DNA from: an uncultured Bdellovibrionales bacterium
GTDB taxonomy: Bacteria; Bdellovibrionota; FAC87; UBA2466
Reading direction: 5' to 3'
Length of the DNA stretch: 64,000 nt
Assembly (NCBI GenBank): GCA_937903155.1
Contig: CALCZU010000029.1
Coordinates: 4,861 to 68,860, forward strand
Position 1 is the stretch's first letter; every line of letters starts with the position of its first letter. Made by a program: the position numbers and the translations under genes. This document shows, one piece after another, positions 60,105 through 64,000 of the stretch. Under the pieces are notes generated by a model. The model saw only the letters and a program-made list of their open reading frames with translations, had not been told where the DNA came from and ran no database searches.

Positions 60105-61202
60105 ATGAATCGCTACCCATTGTTCCTTATCATTTTTATGATAACGGTTCCTCTTCTCGGCGGAGAATTTTCCTCTATTGTGGATCTGTGGGAAGGTAAA
60201 GCCCAGTTGAAATTTCAGCGAGAACTGAAAATAGACCCCAACACTTCTTCGATGCCTGGCGCGGGCTGGGGCCTCGTCGATCAAGGGATCTGGTATTGGT
60301 TTTACCGCGACATTCCCGAAGCTCCCAAGCCTTCTCGTTGCGCGGCCGACTACAACCGGACTGTGATGGTCAAAAGTGAAGACCAGGGAAGAACCTGGTC
60401 GAATAAAGTCATTGTTGCAGATCCCGATCTCAGTCCAAAAGGAAGTGGGTGCACGGTTTTAGATGGATCGACTTTTCAAGATCCTAAGACGGGAGACTGG
60501 CATCTTTTAGCACAATGTTTGAGCACTTCTGACTCTCCAACAGGGCAAGTGTGGAATCTTTGTCATTACTCTCGAAAAGCAAAAGACGGAGTCTTCGGAA
60601 AATTTACAGACGATCCCAAAAATCCCGTCATCCGCTCGGGAGCCGTCTTCTCAGAAATTTGCAAAATGGCAGACAGTCACTGCCCCATCGGCATCGCCGA
60701 TGAAGGAACTCCAAATATCTTCAAAAAAGAAGGAGACTACTTCTGGGTCAGTTTTCACGGCGCTATTATAAAAAACAACCAAGTGCTGGGATATCGAGGA
60801 GTCGCAAAAACCAAAGACTTCCACACTTGGATTCCCGTGGGAAGTGTTTACGGTCCCGACGATTTTCAAAAAGCGATCCCCGGAACGATTGGAACGGGCG
60901 CGTCTTCAGATCTTCATGGAGAAGATGGAAACCTCTACTCCCTCGTTGAAACGCCCACGCTGAGTCTCATGTGTTTAGTCGGACAAGATTGGCCGCTCGT
61001 TTTAGTGCGCGCCCCGCAAAAAAATTTCGGTCCGGGAAAATGGCAATTTCCCACACAGCAGGCGGTACCTCTTTTACAATCCGAGATGATAGGAACTCCG
61101 TGCGCTTTGTCGTACGCCCGCTGGATGCTAGATCCTATTCACGGCCTTTTCCTGATTTATTGGGACGCCGTTAAAGGACACAGACTCGTCAAAGTAGAAT
61201 GA
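60105..61202 (+). CDS. Secreted hypothetical protein (possibly beta-propeller glycosidase-like)
   Basis: An N-terminal hydrophobic segment. Confidence 0.5.
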   Translation: MNRYPLFLIIFMITVPLLGGEFSSIVDLWEGKAQLKFQRELKIDPNTSSMPGAGWGLVDQGIWYWFYRDIPEAPKPSRCAADYNRTVMVKSEDQGRTWSNKVIVADPDLSPKGSGCTVLDGSTFQDPKTGDWHLLAQCLSTSDSPTGQVWNLCHYSRKAKDGVFGKFTDDPKNPVIRSGAVFSEICKMADSHCPIGIADEGTPNIFKKEGDYFWVSFHGAIIKNNQVLGYRGVAKTKDFHTWIPVGSVYGPDDFQKAIPGTIGTGASSDLHGEDGNLYSLVETPTLSLMCLVGQDWPLVLVRAPQKNFGPGKWQFPTQQAVPLLQSEMIGTPCALSYARWMLDPIHGLFLIYWDAVKGHRLVKVE

Positions 61203-61244
61203 TGGCGTCTCTCTTCTTTAACGCAATCGGATATCGGAATTACT

Positions 61245-61272
61245 TTGTAAAAACTATTTTTTCTGCTATCAA
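61245..61272 (+). promoter_or_regulatory. Putative sigma70-like promoter upstream of the 24-aa peptide gene
   Basis: TTGTAA, a 16-nt spacer, then TATCAA, about 30 nt upstream of the ATG. Confidence 0.2.
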
Positions 61273-61301
61273 AATAGGACTACATTTATTAGGGGGTAAT
61301 T

Positions 61302-61376
61302 ATGTCAGAAATCAAAATCGAAGAAATCATCCAAGATATTATTGAAACGATAAAAGGCGGCACAGGCTGCTACTAA
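61302..61376 (+). CDS. 24-aa peptide MSEIKIEEIIQDIIETIKGGTGCY
   Basis: ATG 6 nt after GGGGGT. Acidic, Ile-rich leader-like part, then GG-TGCY. Confidence 0.4.
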   Translation: MSEIKIEEIIQDIIETIKGGTGCY

Positions 61377-61386
61377 AAGTGGTGCA

Positions 61387-61863
61387 ATGAAGCCGCCTGA
61401 TTTGAACGGTTTCCTAAAGTACCGGCAACCACTGCTTACGGAGCGTTTCCACCTGCAATACGGTGTCTCTCGGAGTGACGCGGAAGAAATTTTTTGCGAA
61501 ACCCTGAAGATGCTTTGGCTGATCGAAAAACGATCCTCTGAAGTGAATTTACAAGGGGTTAAGGGCAGCTTTGGGATGTTCCAAGTTTATCGACAACTCG
61601 CCGTTCTCGATGAAATGTGGCACACCTTCATTCTCTTCACGCGAGACTACACAGATTTTTGTCAGAATCACTTCGGCGCGTATCTGCATCACCATCCGAT
61701 CTCCGATGAGTTCCAGGAAAATGCGAGCGGTGTATTCCAGAAAAATCTCGAAGCGCAGTGCCGTTATATCATCGAACACCTTGGCGCTGAAACTGCCGTG
61801 AAATGGTTTAAAGAATTTCCAGCAAGGTTTCCCAGTTTTACCGATGCATCAAGAGTCTCGTAA
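61387..61863 (+). CDS. Hypothetical protein
   Basis: A 158-aa ORF 10 nt after the peptide stop. Confidence 0.55.
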   Translation: MKPPDLNGFLKYRQPLLTERFHLQYGVSRSDAEEIFCETLKMLWLIEKRSSEVNLQGVKGSFGMFQVYRQLAVLDEMWHTFILFTRDYTDFCQNHFGAYLHHHPISDEFQENASGVFQKNLEAQCRYIIEHLGAETAVKWFKEFPARFPSFTDASRVS

Positions 61864-61889
61864 TCGGTTCGGTTTGCTGAGGAAAAAAT

Positions 61890-62729
61890 ATGGTATTTTC
61901 GAACACGATTTTTATCGTTTGGCTTTTCGTCCTCGTCGATTTGATCGCAGTCCCTCTCGCAACCGGTCAACTCCGACGCAAAGATTGGCACCGGATAACG
62001 AACAATCTGGGAATGATGATTGTTTCTGTGGCAGCGCTTGCGATTGTCATCCAAACGCCGCTATTTGCCTGGTCGCGCGAAAATCTCTGGACGCGCCCTC
62101 TCTGGATGCAGGGTCTCATTTTTGTAGCACTGGATTTGCTATTCCTCGATTTTTGCAACTATGGATTTCACTGGTTGAGTCATCATGTGCCCTTTCTTTG
62201 GCGCCTCCATGCAGTCCATCATCTGGATCGAGAAGTAGATTTCAGCACAGCGCTTCGAACTCACTGGCTGGCGAAGATACTGGGTAACGCGTACATCGGT
62301 GCAATCGTGTTGTTCAGCGGAGTTTCGTTGTCGACGTTCGCAGCAGTAAAAGTGGTGAGTTTGGCGTTTTCGCTTTATACACACCAGTCGAAGATTAGGA
62401 TGCCACTTTGGTTTGAAGAAACCTTTGGGAAAGTTTTTGTCACGCCTTGCTTTCATTCGGTCCACCACACCCCGTCTCTCCCTTTCACGAATACTAACTA
62501 TGGTTTCATTTTTACGATATGGGACAAGCTTTTCCGGACTTCCCTCATCCGCAAACCGCGCGCACCCGTGCGATTCGGATTGGATCATCACGCCGATCCC
62601 AATTTTTTTACGCTTTTAATTGCACCACTAAGTCCGACATTTTTGTCGAAGCCTGAGCAAGTAAAACTGAATAGGAAAGGACCAAGATTAATGAGCGTTG
62701 ACGATGCAGCGCTCGGAAAAATCCGTTGA
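61890..62729 (+). CDS. Fatty-acid hydroxylase / sterol desaturase superfamily membrane protein
   Basis: His boxes HWLSHH, HAVHHLD and HSVHH. GAGG RBS. Confidence 0.75.
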   Translation: MVFSNTIFIVWLFVLVDLIAVPLATGQLRRKDWHRITNNLGMMIVSVAALAIVIQTPLFAWSRENLWTRPLWMQGLIFVALDLLFLDFCNYGFHWLSHHVPFLWRLHAVHHLDREVDFSTALRTHWLAKILGNAYIGAIVLFSGVSLSTFAAVKVVSLAFSLYTHQSKIRMPLWFEETFGKVFVTPCFHSVHHTPSLPFTNTNYGFIFTIWDKLFRTSLIRKPRAPVRFGLDHHADPNFFTLLIAPLSPTFLSKPEQVKLNRKGPRLMSVDDAALGKIR

Positions 62730-62773
62730 ACTGACTTTCAAAATGATTTATCACTCACTCATTGGGGGTCTAG

Positions 62774-63859
62774 ATGTTTCGTTTTCTATTTATCTTCGCA
62801 CTCGTTCATTCCGCTTTCCTTTTTGCTGATACCGAAATCATCAATAAAGATATTTCAAAAAGTATCGGTGAGCTTGAAATCAACCGAATGAATCGCGTCA
62901 GCGTTTCGAAAGTAGGAGATTCTTGGGTTTTAGATTTAGAAGCGAGGGTCGTTACCAACGGCAGCGACGGTCATCACCTCGCAAAAAATTTTGATGAAGT
63001 GATCCTAGTCGCAGATTTCGGCTATGCTAATTTGGATATCGCAACTCCGATCACGCTCAGTCTTGTCAATCCAATCGAGCACAAAGATGGAATCTTAAGA
63101 ACTAAAAGTCGGCTTGTGATGACCTCCGCCGTGAGCTTTTTGGTGACAATGAAGATCTTGCTTCCGACGATTCAAAAAGACGGAACGCAGATCCTTCGAT
63201 TTATCACAAAGCCAAGCTATGCCGCTCCTTCTTTAGTCGTTGAGCTGCAATGGAATCCTAAAGATCAGACTTGGGAAGTGATTTACGGCCCTATCAAACC
63301 GGCACCGAGCGTCCATTTGATCACTCCGCAACCCGTTAAAAGTTTCGCAGTGGAAAATCTAGGTTTTACAATGAGCTCGCTTTCACTCGAAAAAATAACA
63401 GTTCAACCCGATGCTTTAAGTCTGCCAGGTAAAAAACCTTACGACTTGAATTATTTCGCAGTAAAAGGTTCGTTAGTGAATCAAACTTGTCCCGATGCCG
63501 TTGCATTTACTAAAGTAGGAACGAATAAGGCGTTTCAGTTTCAAGAAAACAACTCAAAGTTTGCAGCCCTCTGGACAAACCAAAAGTCAGACGTTCTAAA
63601 TCCGTTTGGTGTCGGCTGCCAGTCCGAAGGAAATCCGACAGAGGTTCAGTTGAACTACGCTTATCCCTTTGAGCAAAGCCTCAACTCCGATTTAAAAATG
63701 GCCTCCAGTACTCTCTTTGCTTTTCCAACAAACGCAAAAACCGAAGGCACTTATTCGCTGACCGCGAGCACCGATAAAGCAGGTGTCTGGTCTATCTGGC
63801 CTGGAAGCGATCAACTTCGCCCGTATGTGCGACCGCTTCCCTGGAGACAGACGAAGTAA
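62774..63859 (+). CDS. Secreted hypothetical protein
   Basis: Signal peptide MFRFLFIFALVHSAFLFA. Confidence 0.65.
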   Translation: MFRFLFIFALVHSAFLFADTEIINKDISKSIGELEINRMNRVSVSKVGDSWVLDLEARVVTNGSDGHHLAKNFDEVILVADFGYANLDIATPITLSLVNPIEHKDGILRTKSRLVMTSAVSFLVTMKILLPTIQKDGTQILRFITKPSYAAPSLVVELQWNPKDQTWEVIYGPIKPAPSVHLITPQPVKSFAVENLGFTMSSLSLEKITVQPDALSLPGKKPYDLNYFAVKGSLVNQTCPDAVAFTKVGTNKAFQFQENNSKFAALWTNQKSDVLNPFGVGCQSEGNPTEVQLNYAYPFEQSLNSDLKMASSTLFAFPTNAKTEGTYSLTASTDKAGVWSIWPGSDQLRPYVRPLPWRQTK

Positions 63860-64000
63860 AGTCAAAAGGTACTTCAAAAGGTACTTACTTCCCCTGGAAA
63901 CCAGGCGCGTCAATTCCCGGCATCGATTTTGCTCTAGTTCGAGAGGTGCCGAGAAAAAAATTACACTATGTAGCGACCGGGATTTATCATGTGCGTGCTC

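Noticed and set aside
61302-61376. Peptide as a mycofactocin-type precursor
   Set aside because: There is no radical-SAM, MftB or MftC-like gene nearby. Only a loose C-terminal resemblance remains.
62139-62591. 150-aa minus-strand ORF
   Set aside because: It is antisense to the His-box hydroxylase gene, which has a clear RBS and motifs.
1-64000. CRISPR arrays, tRNA or rRNA genes, IS elements and prophage genes
   Set aside because: There are no regularly spaced direct repeats and no cloverleaf-like conserved tRNA motifs in the short intergenic regions. I found no transposase, integrase or phage structural signatures.

Overview
This is a gene-dense chromosomal window of about 64 kb with roughly 65 protein-coding genes. 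I found no rRNA, tRNA, CRISPR array, transposase or integrase. Very many products are hypothetical proteins with N-terminal signal peptides, and several carry eukaryote-like domains: a Ser/Thr-kinase fold, leucine-rich repeats (LRR), and CxxC cysteine-rich repeats. Together with an HTH family I tentatively place in TIGR02147 (family membership recalled, not verified), this is the content I would expect from a predatory Bdellovibrio-like (Bdellovibrionota) genome; that is an inference, not a measurement.

Main blocks:
- 1-17 kb: secreted hypotheticals, a secreted kinase-like protein, a TIGR02996 + ribonuclease-inhibitor-like (RNI) LRR protein, an S41 C-terminal processing peptidase, and an outer-membrane beta-barrel.
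- 17.1-19.3 kb: a translationally coupled lipid-modification operon (DAGK-like lipid kinase, metallophosphoesterase, PAP2 phosphatase).
- 19.4-29.7 kb: a frameshifted DUF4112 gene, CorA, a GT8 glycosyltransferase, a Tim44-like protein, a fatty-acid cis/trans-isomerase-like CxxCH protein, AlkD-like repair enzyme, YbaN, and a Fic protein whose promoter carries three TGACCCGATTA operator half-sites.
- 30.6-34.7 kb: a polysaccharide O-acylation module (MBOAT plus two SGNH hydrolases).
- 35.1-44.7 kb: an 8-gene coupled glycan operon (EEP, GT4, GT2, a YvcK/CofD-like::GT2 fusion, sugar nucleotidyltransferase, HAD, SAM methyltransferase), divergent from gmd and an OPA-family MFS transporter.
- 44.7-48.8 kb: an adjacent pair of multi-nuclease genes, a DnaQ-like (apparently inactivated) + GIY-YIG (Cho-like) protein followed by a RecB-like PD-(D/E)xK nuclease fused to an XPD/DinG Fe-S helicase. 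This is the best candidate for an undescribed DNA-processing or defence module.
- 48.8-64 kb: secreted hypotheticals, an S1 protease, a LysR regulator divergent from a quinone oxidoreductase, and a 24-aa peptide gene (MSEIKIEEIIQDIIETIKGGTGCY) upstream of an unknown protein and a His-box di-iron membrane hydroxylase.

Many entries in the ORF track begin at GTG or TTG. Where a downstream ATG or GTG with a ribosome-binding site (RBS) and signal peptide was evident, I adjusted the start.
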